Shown here: positions 36,666 through 51,341 of the stretch, one piece after another
Position numbering within the stretch: position 1 is the stretch's first letter
How the letters are laid out: each line of letters starts with the position of its first letter
Assembly: GCA_030704615.1 (NCBI GenBank)
Contig: CM060731.1
Span: 23,870,001 to 23,934,000, forward strand
Reading direction: 5' to 3'
Source: Takakia lepidozioides
Lineage: Eukaryota; Plantae; Bryophyta
DNA length: 64,000 nt
Notes under the pieces: generated by a model
What the model was told of the DNA's origin: nothing
Databases searched by the model: none
What the model saw: only the letters and a program-made list of their open reading frames with translations
Translations under genes and position numbers: made by a program

Positions 36666-39600
36666 ATGCAAACTAGTATACTGTCATGTGTGTTTCTGGT
36701 TCTGTCGCTTACAACTGCAGTCAGGGGTGCAGACCCGTCGCAGTATGTTGCGAGTTTACCGGGACAGCCCCCAGTTGGATTCAAGCAGTACGCTGGCTAT
36801 GTCACTGTAAGTGAACCCAATGATCGGGCGCTGTTCTACTGGTTCGTGGAAGCAGACCACAAGAATGCAGCATCTCTTCCCATCGCTTTCTGGTTCAATG
36901 GAGGTGTGGGCTCTTCACCCTGTGTATCACGCGCTTTGTTCGGAATGTTAGTTCCAGGGAGAGGGAGGAGAGAGTGAGGACTGCAGATAGCTATCAGAGA
37001 AAGTAGTATCGATATTGCTGCTCTTCCGAAACTTTGACAGTGCCATTGTTGATCGTGAACCGGCCACTACGTAAGACTGCAGGCCACGTGTAAATTGTAT
37101 CAGCTAGTAAGGTACGCTTAACTCAATGGACCTGGAATCTAGCCAGTAACAATATGCATGAAAGAGAGGAGGGGGGCCAGAAGGTATGTCGTCCACAGGA
37201 ATGCCCACAGAGGGCAACACGTTCCACAGTCACACGAAAGAGCATGATGACGAAAATGTAACAAAACAGTGCGACAGACAAGAAGTCCTGAGGTTGAGGA
37301 TGGCAGTCTTGAAGAATTTTGGAGGGACTTTGCAGGGCCCGGGTGTTCGTCAATAGGAGCGGGGGCGATGTCAGAGCTGGGTCCATTCTTCAATAAAAAT
37401 GAGGGCTTTGGACTGGTGAGAAACAAGCATTCGTGGAACAAAGGTACTTCACCCGCTAGCCAACCGAGTCCTCATTACCTTGCAGATAATGGGAACACGC
37501 AGTTGCTTGCACCTTTTCTGCCCTTGTACATCCTTCAGCTTGTGCTTTCACTGATTGGCACTTGCTTAACTCTCTCCCATATATTTCTTTCTTCTACAGT
37601 TCTGTCTTTCTGTAGGTCAGGCTTGCTTCTCATGGTCTTTTCCTATTTCTCGCCCTCTGTCATTTTTGTTGAAACCACAGTGCGACCTTCAGTACCGCTT
37701 CCTCTCCTCCGTCTTAGACTTCCGATACTTATCGCTCTTGAATAATTGACGTGAAATAATTTGGCTGGCCCTTGCAATTCCTTTTGAGGTATGATGTATC
37801 CGGAAGTTCTCGGCAGGGCGGATGATAATTTTGTAAGTTGTGGTAACCACTGTATGAGGATTTCTCACGTGGAGTATGTTGAGTTGGGGGGTTGTGGGAC
37901 AGCTTCAAACATTGTGTTTGTCGATTCGCCAGCTGGAGTAGGCTTCTCGTATTCAAAGACACCATCAGATTACAGCTCCTTCTCTGACGATGGAACTGGT
38001 GAGCTTCTTTACCTTCCCTTGTATCATAGATTGGAAATCAGTTAAAATAGTTATCTGAGATTTGTAGAGTCAGACCTCAGATATTATGCTCCTAAACAGA
38101 TATTTACATTGATATCCACAGGTCTAGTCCACACCCCCATCAATAGGTGCAATGAGCATGGTATCCCGAATAAGTTTGCGGCCAGGCTTGATCGATTCAA
38201 TCTTACTGAATTTTGAAACTTACCCCTTCAAGGTGTATTCTGTCCACTGGTCTACTCTGTTTACCATGAGGAGAAAATCAGGACATCTCAAAAGATTGCA
38301 TACTTGCCTTCTGAGATCAACGTTCTCCAGATGCTGAATCAGTAGAATTGCGTATACCCACAAGATCGGTAGGCGTCAAGTCCTTCTTTCAGCATGTAGA
38401 GTACACCTTTGAGTTAATTTGAAGTCCACCTTAATTAAAGGATAAACAGATGCATCATGGAATTGCAAGTGACATGATTTCCAGGGTTGATCCTTTTTTG
38501 GCTTTAGTAGGGCTGGGAGTTGATGGCAAGGGAACTAAGTGATGCAGCTGTGGACGCACTCGCGTTTCTGGTTGGATGGTTTACCAAGTTCCCAGAGTAC
38601 CGGAAGAATGATCTCTATCTGATTGGTGAAAGCTATGCTGGTCTGTGCTACCAACCTCTCTGAATTCTGCATTTCTTTTGCAGTAGCTAGGCAGTAAAAG
38701 TTCTGCTGTCTTTTTTGGTGCCTAAGGTGTTTCCTCTCAATGTGTTGGACAAGAAAGGTGCTCCTAAAGTCCTTTACTTTAAGGTGGTGTGGATACCGGC
38801 CTGCCCTTCTTTCTACTCTTTTTCTCTTTGAGTATTAAGGCCCAGATATAAAGTTTCTTTCTTTGTTCATTTCTTTGTTTCTCCCCACTTTCACCTCTGC
38901 CTATTTGCAGTCTATTGTCTTCATCATCCAATAAACTCTCCATGTCTGAGAGAAGCCATGGCAGGATACATGTATCTCTGATAGTATTCTGGCCTTGGAC
39001 TGGGGACGGACAGGGCATTATGTTCCCAATCTCGCCAAGAAAATTCTACTCAACAATGAAAAACCCGCCAGCTTCCACATCAATCTGAAGGGATTTATGG
39101 TACAATCATGCCACCACCATACCCATCTCTTCTAATCATACAAACACTTATCATCTGGTGCTTGTCCATCATGGATACAATAGATTGTCACTTATTATTG
39201 TGATTGTCTCAGCTAGGGTAGTCAGTGTTCATATGCCAGTTGGGTAGTGGATAGTAAGGCAGACAGTAAGGTTGGAAAGATCTGCAGGAAGAGGTTTTCT
39301 TTTGCTAACATGTACCGCAAGTAACACATCATTGTCGAATTCTTTTTTAGGTCAGGCAGTCCTGATTAGTTGGGGTGGTTTAGAAAAGAGCAGCTCAAGT
39401 TCCTCTCTTCTTTACAGAAGTGTCTCCTCTGGTTTTCGATTCAGCTCGAAGTTTAAAGAACGTTACATAAATCAATACCTCTGATAAGAAGCATTGTTAT
39501 CTGCTGGTATGGGTCAGGTGGGAAATCCCTGGACAGATTCATACTACGACAACCAGGGTGCAGTTGATTTTTGGTACTCCCATTCTTTGATATCTGACGA

Positions 39601-41995
39601 AACATATCATGCACTTAAGAAATACTGTGATTATCGATCTGAGCCGGCAGTGGGGTATTCAAACAACTTGGCTTGCCAGAATGCAGCTAATCAGGCTTCT
39701 AACTCGGACATGAGAGAGATTGATTCGTACAATATCTATGCTGGCACTTGCACCACCCCAAATAATTCTACAGTTTTGAAGGTGCGATATCAGGTTCACT
39801 TGCTTTTTTGCGTCCTGGTCACTAAAGCATGTTGCCTTATTGCATCAACTAGAACCAAGGAATGGAAAGAAAGAAAATAGTAAGAACACAACAAATTCCA
39901 CAGGGACGGCCAAACAGGAACATAGAGAGAAAAGGAGGTTCAGAGGTTCTGCTCTACCTTCTAACATTAAGTTTGGGTCACCCAACCAAGATGGGCTTTA
40001 ACCAAGGATTCAATGGTATCTGGACTGTATAGCCTAGGGTCCTATGGCACCTGCGCAGTGGAAAACCATCACTCTGTTTTGTTCCTGAAAGGAAATAGAG
40101 TTGTGGATTTCGAAAGAGAGAAGACTCTAGTGTAAACATTTGCTTTTGTGCTGACTTCCAATGTGGGAACCTATGCTTGCAGCCAACTTTCTTCCTTGGA
40201 TTGAAGGACTCCAAATTTTGTTCACCTGACACAACAACCCCTTACCTTAATCTGCCTGAAGTGAAAGCTGCACTGCACACTCTCCCAGATATCAAATGGA
40301 CTGAATGCAGGTAAACTCCATGCTGCACCACTTCCCTACACTGTTTCATATCGAAGTCCCTTAACCTTGTGTTACTTAAATTCAGAACCCTGTATCTTGA
40401 TTACACACTTGTGCTTTATAGAGTGTCTCCAAGGGGCTATGAAAGTGTATAGAGAAGAAACCAATCTGAGAAAATATGACGTGATCTTTTGCTGTCTTTT
40501 TGTCGTGGATTGAAGGTGGGCTGTTCAACTGGACCAAAAATTTGAAGCCCAATCAGCAAACATAGGAGGATCATTTTCTTAGACGTCCTTGTTGACGTTG
40601 TGGTTGCCTTGGTGGTCCCCAGAGTGTGACCCCTCCCCCAACCCCCAACCCACATGGGGCTCCCTGTTGCCTTCTCCAAAGCCACTTTTAGAAATCAGTC
40701 CACCTCACAGTACAATACCCTCTTATAGAGCCCAAAGTTGAAATGGCGCTTAGTTACTCCGGCTTTAGCCAGAGTCTTCTCTCTGTACAAAACCCTCGTA
40801 CTGAAAACCTCGGGATATGCGCTGGTCAAAGTGCTGTGGTGGTTGTTTGCTTTGGTTGAAATTGACTAAGGCCTCTTTGGTGTATGCAGTGCAACAGTTA
40901 ACAACGGTTATAATGTATCGGATGTAGTGCAGTCCATGCTGCCTGTTTATCGCTTCCTTCTTACCAAGGACATAAAGATGTGGATCTACAGGTGCTATCC
41001 CTTTACTCACCTTGGTCTCTGTTGGAACCCTTCCAGGGCTGCAAAGATTTTGTACAAAAACGAATGGCAGAAATGGGGGCAGGGAGGAAATGAAATGAAA
41101 TGAAATGGTACTTCATAACGTCCACTCAAAGAGCTTATGGGACAAAATAGAAAAACCAAGAGAGAGGAAACAAAACCAGAGCCAAAAAACAGCCCAAAAG
41201 CAACTACGGAAAAAATGATCTGTTAACATGCGACAGTCTAGGGGACATAGTCAAACAACTTGGAGAGAAGAAAGAGAGAGATTCGATAGGTGACCCAAGG
41301 GATAACCTGAAAAGTTATTCTGCCGTACCATAAACCTCGCGCCCATTTTGGGCGGAACAAAGGGTACCAAAAACTACCTTAGAGAGAGAGGCTCACTCCG
41401 GTAGTGGTATGGGCGGAAAGAAAGAGAGAGAGAGAGTGTGTGTTTGAGAATTACTATAAGGCTGTGCTCCATCTTGTAGCCATGTGACCGTAGATCTGTC
41501 AGCTTGGTTTGCCTTCGGTAAGAGTTGGAGTTGTGGGCCGATGAGAGTGATAGCGCAGGAGAAGAATTATACTAGTCTGATCAAAGCTCTTTCAAATCTG
41601 CAGTGGGGATATCGATGGAGTAGTGCCGACCACAGGAACACGCTACTGGTTGAAGGAACTCAATCTTCCCATTCAGGTTCCATGGTATTCTTGGAATCAC
41701 TCTACTCAGGTACATTCGAAGCATAATTTTGAGAAAATCTAAGCTTTCAAGACTTTAACGATTTAACAATGAGATGTTATACTTACTGTAGGTGTGCTTC
41801 AAGAAAGTGTGCTTCAAGAAAGTGATTATCTGGCTATCATGGACATTTCAGGTGGGAGGGTGGACTGAGATTTACAAAGGCCTGACATTTGTCACAGTGA
41901 GGAATGCCGGCCACATGGTTCCAGCCGACCGACCAGCACAAGGCTTGACAGTCTTCCGAAGGTTTCTTGCTGGAAGGGCACTACCGAAATTTTAG
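36666..41995 (+). CDS. Serine carboxypeptidase-like (S10, clade II-like), 454 aa; exons 36666-36903, 37336-37443, 37903-37998, 38548-38640, 39014-39099, 39518-39781, 40183-40310, 40890-40991, 41604-41709, 41852-41995
   Basis: Signal peptide, WFNGGPGCSS, GESYAGHY (Ser), SGDIDGVVP (Asp), AGHMVP (His); exons sum to 1365 nt in frame. Confidence 0.95.
41086..41205 (-). repeat. Retroposon-like 3' end with (CATTT)n tail, copy 2, in SCPL intron 8
   Basis: Homologous to 24380-24508. Confidence 0.6.
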
Positions 41996-43199
41996 CCTTT
42001 TGTGCTTTGTTGCCGGTGTGTAAATGCCAGTAATAAGCTACGGGAGACCTCAAAAGAGTACATTCAAAAAGCCAGACCCTCAAGGGGAGAATAGTAATGG
42101 GCAGCCACAGTGCATGTGGATGACCACAATATACGTCAGAATATACTGCTAGAAGGAGGAAGATGGTAACTATACATTATGCGAATGATTCATTGTAAGA
42201 AGCAGTTTGCTCCAACTTGTACAGTATTGTTTACATATCTGCATACTTTCAGTTTTTTATGCTCAATAGTGATATTTTGCTACTATCAACCAAGCAATAG
42301 ATAAGTTTTGAAAACTGCTAATATATACTCCACTATATACATACTACTGTCTGCTACAATTATACCAGCCAGAATTTCTTCGGTCTATGATTGTTTTGTC
42401 TTGTCTATGGGATAGTCTCTCGGCTACCTGCCAAGAATCATAGAAGGATATTTAGGGAGGCACAACAATTGACTAGCATATAGCTTCTACTCTCTACAGG
42501 GAGGTGTTTCCAAAGAGTTTTCAAAAAAATTGTAACAGCTAGAATCTGCAACCATCTGGAAATCCAACATCATTACCATGATAGTGCACATGGTCTGGAA
42601 GACAAATGTACAGTTGCAGAGAACTGGTAACTGTGACACTTCGATTAATGTGAACCATGGTCCTTCCCCTGCTAGAAGCTACCAACATCTTCAAAACAAC
42701 AGCACTCAGGACATTCGAATTATCAAATTAAAATGTTCACAAGCCAATATCAACCCCAAGACAACCTGTCCAGCCAGGGTGGGAGGGCATTGGCAGTGAC
42801 ATCTGTTAACGACTTGTTGAACACAGGGTTGCCTACTCCCAGCGCCCCCAAAAAGAGTATAGAAACATACAACCCTCACCACATACAAGTGCCCCAGAGT
42901 GTTGAACTCTTAAAAGTACAAAAATAGCTGCAGCTACCCAAACTCTCAACTTTGATTCCCTTTGTCACATCCACATGGGGTAGGCAGTCCAGGGCTTTGT
43001 GAGAGAATGTGCATAGCCTGCCAAAACAGCAGTAGGGTCCTGCACCAGTGTGAAGCCATCGCATCAAGAAGGATCCTTTCAACATAGAATGGCTGTGAGC
43101 ATGCTGCACACAACCAGCAAGTACTCAGCAATCTAATAGGGGCAAGGACAGCGATACCCAATATACCCAGGCCCGGAAAAGGAGGATGCACCCGCCTAA

Positions 43200-43821
<622 letters not shown>

Positions 43822-46543
43822 TTAAGAACATTGTAGCAGATTCAAGAACACAGCTACAAATTCAAGACCACGATAACAGCATTTGCAAGTAAAGCACATA
43901 TTACATTCCCCTCATCTAGAGAACTAACGCATTTTTCTGAACACAACGAAGTAGACTCGTACTACACATAAACTTGGTAACAAAGACCAGAACCTTCATG
44001 GGAAAAGCAGCCATGGCGCAAATTCAACACAGACCGACTTCCATCCTAAAACTCACCTTTCAAGAACTTCAGGCGTAGGCCAGACCAATCACAGCGACAA
44101 GGACGAAAAGACACGTCGTCAGAAACTCTCTCTCTTTCTCTTAGAACGGAGAACGGACGACGGTCACCTCCCTCTCTCCTTCTATCTCACTGCAGTACCA
44201 AATGCAGCTATCGCGAGTTCTGATCGAGGTCTATCACCTTGACGCCCGACCTACGTAACCTAATCTTTCAGACCTGAGAAGTCGGGCCTAGCTCCTCCTA
44301 TCTTTCGCAAACAGAACTTCACCAAAAGAATATCTGTGATAAGCATGCACGCAACTACAATGCTATGGACTGCATGCAGTCCTCCAAACCGTCCCCTCAC
44401 TCATCTCAAACACGTAGAGTCAAAACGCAACAGACCCGAAAGCCATGTCAACTTTCACAGATCCCAACTCAAACAGAAAACCCACATTTTGCACCAACAC
44501 TCACAAACCCAATTGCCTTTCAAAGCTCAGGCACGCATACTACCTTGCAATTAAACCTGGAGAGATCCCCCTCCCTAGCGCAGCACCAGACAACAACAGC
44601 AAGACGGTTCACGCCCACACCACCCACACCCGGAGCAAGCTGGCAGTTACGCAGCCTCCTCTCTCCTCTCCCTTGCAGTCCTCCCCACTGCCTATCGCCG
44701 GTCCTTGTACACACGGGGTGCGCTCACCAATTGCGAGCCTGCCTGACACACAATCTGCGCAGAGGCAGCAGTTGCAGCAGACAGGACGGATGCACGCGCT
44801 TTGCCAATACCGCGTGAAATTGCAGGTGGCGCGCTTCCGTTCGTGCACGCGCTTACAGGGCCCCGCCCCACTTTGCCCTACTCGGTTTGGTCAGAACCCT
44901 CCCCCTCGTCTCTCTGTTGCTTTCCTGCTGCCCCCCTCTCTTCCTTCTTTTCTTTTCTTTCTTTCTTTCTTTGGTTCTTCTTAGCAAAGCAGATGTTGTT
45001 TTGCTTACACTTTTGTTTTCCGTGTAATTTAGCACATCTGCATTTTTGGGTTAGGCTGCTTTGTTTTATATGGGCTGCTTGCTTCAGATGTGGGTATGGT
45101 TGCATATATGTATTTTTGGTAGAGAATCATGTCTATCATAAGTACCTGATCAGGATTCCTCCGTCTCCCAGCCAATGAGATAGTGTGTTGAAATTAGGGT
45201 TGAACTTTTGTTCCCTTATTAGGGTGTAGACTGTAGACAGATCCGATGAACTTTTATGTTTATCATCATTGCTCCTTTCTTGGTATCCATAGATTTCTCT
45301 CTTCACTGTAAGTTCTGATATACTTTACGGAATCCCCAGTGATTGAGTCCGAGGGGGGTGGGTTTGGTAACAATATATGACTGAATTCCCCCCCCCAAAA
45401 AACTCGAGAAGGGCAGTTGACATAACTTCCTGTGAAGAAGATGATCGGTGTAGGGTGTCTGCTGACGTCTGAGCAGTGCGCAGTGCTGTGGTCAGTGCCT
45501 TCAATGAAGGTATGACACACTGTACTCGTCTGCCAGACTACTCGAGCTGTGTGTCAGGTTGCATTCACTCGGCTCAAATTGTTCGTGAGTGGATGCACAT
45601 CATGTTCGGGATCCGGATGATAGCCAAGTCGATGACTTGTCATCTCCGAGCTGGAGTGGTGATGTGGGCAGGCAAAAGGTGAACTTGGGTTCAAACTTCA
45701 AACCTACATACATTGGCTTTGAGCAAGTCTGATGAAGGGGCTGCAATGCAAGGAGTGGCACTGAAGACAATTTAGAGCTTGATGACCATATAAGTAGAGA
45801 TCTTGTGAAGTCGAAGAGTGCACAATCAGTTCGCTCTGTTTACTGAAACATCTGGCAGTGAGCCGTTTTAAATCTTCTGTAGAGAATCTTGCACTATTCC
45901 TGAACTATGGTGAAACTCAAGGATGATCCAGTAAGTAGGTCTGGCAAAGAGCCATCGTAACTTGTGGTCACGATCTGCTGTGTGTTCAACAGTTTGGGTG
46001 GGCCACCAGCACTCGGTGTCACACACAGCCTAGTACTGTTCAGTTGAAAAATAATGTATTGCTCAGAGTCAAGCACGTCTGAAAAGCGAGAAGAAGCGAG
46101 AAGAAGCGGGAAGAAAGAACGAAAGAACTACAAGGTCCACGGGGGATCCCGGCACTAACAACAGACAAGACGGTTAGAATATGTGCATAGACTGTTCAAC
46201 CAGGAAAGGAGCCTCGTATTCCATAACATTCAGTTACGTTGCATGATCTGAGAGAAAATTCCGTGAGAGCATAAGTTTCGTACATTGTAAGCAGACTATG
46301 GCAACACGAATCAGTCTAGAAACCAAAGACAAGATTCTGTTGAGCCCTCATTCCCAGATCACCTAGTGTACTGTGGCATGCGTTTCTACCTCACATTATA
46401 CAAGTGCCTTGGTATCATTTTACACCCCCTCTCTCTAAAAGCATGTGTCTAATTTGATAGATGATTCTTGTGAGAATGCACCCTTAGCTACCTAATGAAA
46501 AAATGAGTAATTCAATTGTGAGACTCCGGCATAAGTCCTACTC

Positions 46544-48277
46544 CTAGTTGTTTGCTGTAATCAACTGAATCCCATATCGTGCATCAACATGTAGGCAATC
46601 TTTGAGGTATGGGACCACCTGAAGAACCCATCTCCCGTTCACATCGGAATTGTGGGGACATGTATATTGAAATTCTGGAATCTGGTAGCATGTATCTGCT
46701 GTCTGGGCACGAACGCATGCTTCTTTGCTTTTGGATCTCAACTGTATGAACCAAGGTACCAAGGCCCCGTAGCCCTGAGCTAATCCCCCAAAAGTAGATA
46801 AAGGCGTAACAAAGAGATAATCTGAGAGACTGAGACCAATAATTTCTGCAAGCGCCTGCCTATCTTCCTCCACGCTGAAAGCCTGTTCCTTGTCGTGAGT
46901 GAGCTGGATGAGACCGATGGCTTCTCCTGTCAGTGGTGGATTGCGGGTGTAAGTCTGTGTGAGAAATTCATTTAGGCTTAGAAAGAGTGATGTGATGAAC
47001 ACTGTGGTAACGGACGGGGAGCCTATCTGTGAGGGAGCTGTATCTGAACCATTCCACGACCGCTTTTCTTCCGCCGTTACTTGTGAACTGCTAGTCTCTT
47101 TACCAGGAAGAATTCCGTTTTCCACAGCACACTGCAAGACCCGTTTATTTACCATGTCATGTTTTTCCTGGAACATCTTCTCGCCATCCCTGTAACGGAC
47201 TTGAATACCCACACGGCGATCTGCATTCCTCAGAAAAGCACGATCGGTTTGCACAATTCGTTTCCAGACTTCGTCTGAGGGAAGCATTACCGACCGCAGC
47301 AGATGCGTGAGGGCCATTTTATCGGGGAACAGCGCCTCCAGCACTGGACGGAACACAGGAATCGCAAAAAGTTTAGGAAGCCAGTAGAGACAGCCATTGA
47401 CATAGATCCATGTGACCTGAGTGTAATATTGTTGGTCTGTGTCGCAGAAGAATCGTTTTCCAGGTTGGCACTGATATGGGTCGTTGGGGAAGACCCCATA
47501 TATCGAGCTGTGTGCTGTAGACTTGGAGCCATTCTCCGCATTGTCAACCGCAGCACTGAAGTCGATGCTCTCAGTCCATACCCCATGATGGGTATACTCT
47601 GGGGTGAACTGCTTATGAGGATCCACTACCCAGGACGAGCCTTCGAATGGCTCGCACATGATGTCTGCGACCCCTGTTTCCGCAGGTATCAGAAAGACTC
47701 TCTGAGTCAAGACGGCATACAGCATCCCTGAGACCTGAGACAATATCTTATTTCCCAACCCCGCCCTTGGTGGTATACCTCCCACAACAAACTTGCAACC
47801 GGTCCTGTTGCTCCTAGTGAGGAAATAGCCAGTCAAATCTGCTCCCACCTGCTGAATGCATGCCCGATGAAGCTTCTCGTACTCTCTCATCACCGCCTTC
47901 CACTGGGGATTCGGTGCGACATCTCTCGCAAACTTTCGCCGTGTGTACAATGGCTGCAACTCATTGCGACTTCTGCAAGGATTCTTCTGGTGCCAAATCG
48001 CCTTTTCCTCTTTAGAAAACGCGGGCTCCGCACCTCCCTGTAAAGCATCTCGAGTTGCGGCCTGAATTGCCTTTATGAGATCAGAGATTGAATTTAAGTC
48101 CGGCGTTAAGTCTTCATGAGAACTCAGCTCAATTACGGGGGGAGCGGGTGGCTTCATGATTAGGGTAGAAGAAAGGCAGGCTACTCCAATCAAGCTCACA
48201 AGGGCTATTGCTCTGAGAGGAATCCATTGTGGAATTTGCTCCATCAATCTCAAGGACGTCTTGTTCATGGTATACAT
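46544..48277 (-). CDS. GT37 (xyloglucan/AGP-type alpha-1,2-) fucosyltransferase, 577 aa, intronless CDS
   Basis: N-terminal transmembrane segment; GLGNKILS..LYAVLTQRVFL, RVGIQVR and ALAEIIGLSLSDYLFVTPLSTFGGLAQG match plant FUT motifs. Confidence 0.9.
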   Translation of the reverse strand: MYTMNKTSLRLMEQIPQWIPLRAIALVSLIGVACLSSTLIMKPPAPPVIELSSHEDLTPDLNSISDLIKAIQAATRDALQGGAEPAFSKEEKAIWHQKNPCRSRNELQPLYTRRKFARDVAPNPQWKAVMREYEKLHRACIQQVGADLTGYFLTRSNRTGCKFVVGGIPPRAGLGNKILSQVSGMLYAVLTQRVFLIPAETGVADIMCEPFEGSSWVVDPHKQFTPEYTHHGVWTESIDFSAAVDNAENGSKSTAHSSIYGVFPNDPYQCQPGKRFFCDTDQQYYTQVTWIYVNGCLYWLPKLFAIPVFRPVLEALFPDKMALTHLLRSVMLPSDEVWKRIVQTDRAFLRNADRRVGIQVRYRDGEKMFQEKHDMVNKRVLQCAVENGILPGKETSSSQVTAEEKRSWNGSDTAPSQIGSPSVTTVFITSLFLSLNEFLTQTYTRNPPLTGEAIGLIQLTHDKEQAFSVEEDRQALAEIIGLSLSDYLFVTPLSTFGGLAQGYGALVPWFIQLRSKSKEACVRAQTADTCYQIPEFQYTCPHNSDVNGRWVLQVVPYLKDCLHVDARYGIQLITANN

Positions 48278-50259
48278 TCACACACAACCGGAGACCCACG
48301 AAGTCGGCACTGGCAAGGTGGGAGGAAAATCCCAACACTTACAGCTCCTGTGAAAGAATTCAACGACAAACTTATTAACGAAGCATCCCTCCTACTGAGC
48401 ACGATTAACGACTCAACCTCTCTCTCTCTCTCTCTCTCTACATATGTAATGCATGCATCAGAGTGCAGTCTTCCTCCTGCCCTCCTTCCTTCTGCTCGTC
48501 TTCCTCTCCTCGAATCACCCCGTCCAGCCTGGTTGTCCCAGCTCTCACTGGAACTCTGCACAATAGTTCTCGTTCATCCTCTTCAATTACAAACACCAGG
48601 GCGCTTACCTCTACATAATGGACTCTAGTTGGAAGCTTTCAAGAGGGAGCACAAGATATATACTCACTCGATCTTGAAGCCTTCCCAGGTAGAACATGTA
48701 CACCTTTCCAGGCTGCAACCCGGGCTTCCATTTCCGAACTTGGAGAGCAAGAGCCGGGCACATTCAAGGCGTTACAGCCATAACCACACGAGACGGACAA
48801 GTGATGGTGCCACTTAGTCCCACTGTACATTGTAATTGCTGCCCAGCATCCCACGATCCATCGGAGTCGAAGATTGACGCTCTTGGCGTGTCGATGCGAT
48901 GCAGCTCGGCACCAGCAGGGTGGTGGGGCCGACGGCGAAAAACAATCTCCCCTCAGAATATAAACATAACAGAGGGAGAGACGGCCACAACCCACACACA
49001 CTAAAAATATATATACACCTACTTGCACATCATCCCCTCAATTGTGTCGAGATGGGTCGGTAGCCGGAGGAGAGAGTGCATTATCCATCGATCTGTTCTC
49101 ATTTATGTCTAGCAAGGACACCATTTTTGCGACCATTAGATACAAGAGACAAGGTCGTCACAAGCGTGCGCAGCCAGACATGCACACCAGCTCAAATCCG
49201 CAAAGTCCAAGTTCCTTCCAAAAATCAAATGATACCGCAGCATGTTCCCTCGATTTGCGCTCTGGCAACGTGATTGACTAAGAATGGTATTGGGTTTGGA
49301 TATTCCACGTCGGTGTGATGCGACGGCCAGTTTCGCATACAAATATGCGCTTCGTGGAAAATGAGTCCCCATGTAAGGCCTCAGGCCATGTCATTTCCTC
49401 CAACTTACAAAGCAGATTATCAATCTCCTCAAAGTCATGTCACGTTCAGCTGACTCTCTTTATTTCATTGATAGCTCATGTCTCTTCTCGAGGTCGGAAA
49501 ATTGATGAAGATTCTTTTCAGAGTGATCTGAGAGTATGCCCGCTATTTCGCCATTTACTTAGGCAACAATAGTTTTAGGAATTTTCTGACGGTCACCAAG
49601 AGCGGTAGGTCGGCTCTGGATAATCGTGAGATATGGCTGACGATGAGATGCTGCGGGCAACAGGCTTTAATAAATCGCCACATTCGGACCTGCAACTTAG
49701 TCATAAGTTCTATGAGAGCTACACATGTTTGATGCATGTTCGCAGATGAATAGGGTTCCCAAAGTTGAGGCATGGGGTCCACGATGCAGGTCAGGTCAGA
49801 CAGTGTGGAGAAAAGTTGTGGATGCAACTCTTCTTACAACCCTGGTGCTTGACCTCATGGCTTACTGGAAGCGAGTGTTTGTTGGAAGCGGACTCGGTCA
49901 TTGACCATCACAGGTCGTTTAGCAAGTGATCAGGATTCAAAAATATCCGTCCGTGACTTATTCAGAGTCGGTGTTCCGGGCATGTGGCTCATCCGAGCAC
50001 TGATCTGGCAGTCCAAACAAGAGTAGTTCAGCGCCCTGTTTCATGATCAGTGCCTGCAAGCTCACCCACCAGCACGGTGAGAAAGACTTGGTAGAAGCTG
50101 GCAGAGCTTACTAAGAAACCTTGAGGGGGATGATGATTAACCCCCTCTCCGAGCCATGGACTGGCCCCCAAGGCCATCAGGCCATTGGGGGCCAGGGACC
50201 AGCAAAGATGCCAAATCACTGGGCCCTTAAGGAGGGGGGAAAATTAACCCCCTTTCATT

Positions 50260-50716
50260 TATGGGCCATGAGACCTAAAAGACCAACAACCCACACATAG
50301 ACAGCCACGGACAATCCACGCACCTTCCTATTGGCTTTACAGTATGGACCAAGACCAACAAAGCTAGGAATGACATGGCATCTAGGTGGCGGTGATTGTG
50401 GGTTGGGGATTGTTGGTCTAGGGACCAAGAAAGAAACCCATGTAGTTGGGAGGACCAATTCTTGGACCCTCGACCAAGTATGGAAACATTAAACTATAAT
50501 TAGACCCCCCTATGTTAGAATCAATCTTGAATGTCGAGTGGGAAAGATGAACGTGATGGAACCTCATTTTTAAGTTTCTTGGTCTTGGTCCCAAGGCCCT
50601 TACACACAACCACTTTGGTCCCTAGGATATTTAATTTTAAGATGCATCTCGGGATCAATATCTAAACAAATTTGCTTAGTTTCTTGGTCTTGGTCCGTAG
50701 TCTAAAATGGCCCATA
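50260..50716. mobile_element. MITE with TGGGCCAT TIRs flanked by TA
   Basis: TATGGGCCAT (50260-50269) and ATGGCCCATA (50707-50716); GACCAAGACC subterminal words; partial copy at ~34.7 kb. Confidence 0.55.
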
Positions 50717-51341
50717 CAATTCTAACTAGAGCCACGCGTTGCTCCACAGTATTAGTAACAACTTCTGAAAACAGTGTTCAAATTTTACGAAAAGCCAATT
50801 TTTATTTAATTTTGATTAAAAAAACATTTTATATGAAAAATAAGCCTCTCATTTTAAGATAATAGGGTCTTCAATGGGCATGTGCGATGTGGCCGGTGGG
50901 CCCCGCGCACGGACGCCTAGCTCCCTAGCACCTCGCCCGCCAGCCGCGGGCGCGGCTGCAGCAACCGCGCCCGCGCCCCCGTCCGCCGCGCGGCCAGTCC
51001 CCCGCCCATGAGTCCGCTGCCCTCCAGTCTGCCAGTCGACTGCCCAGCAGTCTGCCAGTCCGCTAGTCCGCCAGTCTGCCCGCCAGTCCGGTGCTGGCCA
51101 GTCCGCTGCCATCCAGTCCGCTGACGGCGCAGGATCGCCACCGTCCATTCCCATAACCCATCCGAGCCCTCCATTTTTAGGGCTGCAATTCAAACCTGCA
51201 TCCCTGCCGCCTGCCACTTGCCAGCAGCCGCGAACGTGCGCACTGTTCTCCTGGCACGTTGTCGATCGTGTCTTGTACTGCGGCGCGTTTCTTGCATGTT
51301 CAGAAGCGCGTCCTTTGTACTGTATAGGGCATGGACGTGGA

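Noticed and set aside
45400-45900. Exon-like fragments between CaM and the fucosyltransferase
   Set aside because: No coherent spliced ORF or recognisable domain.
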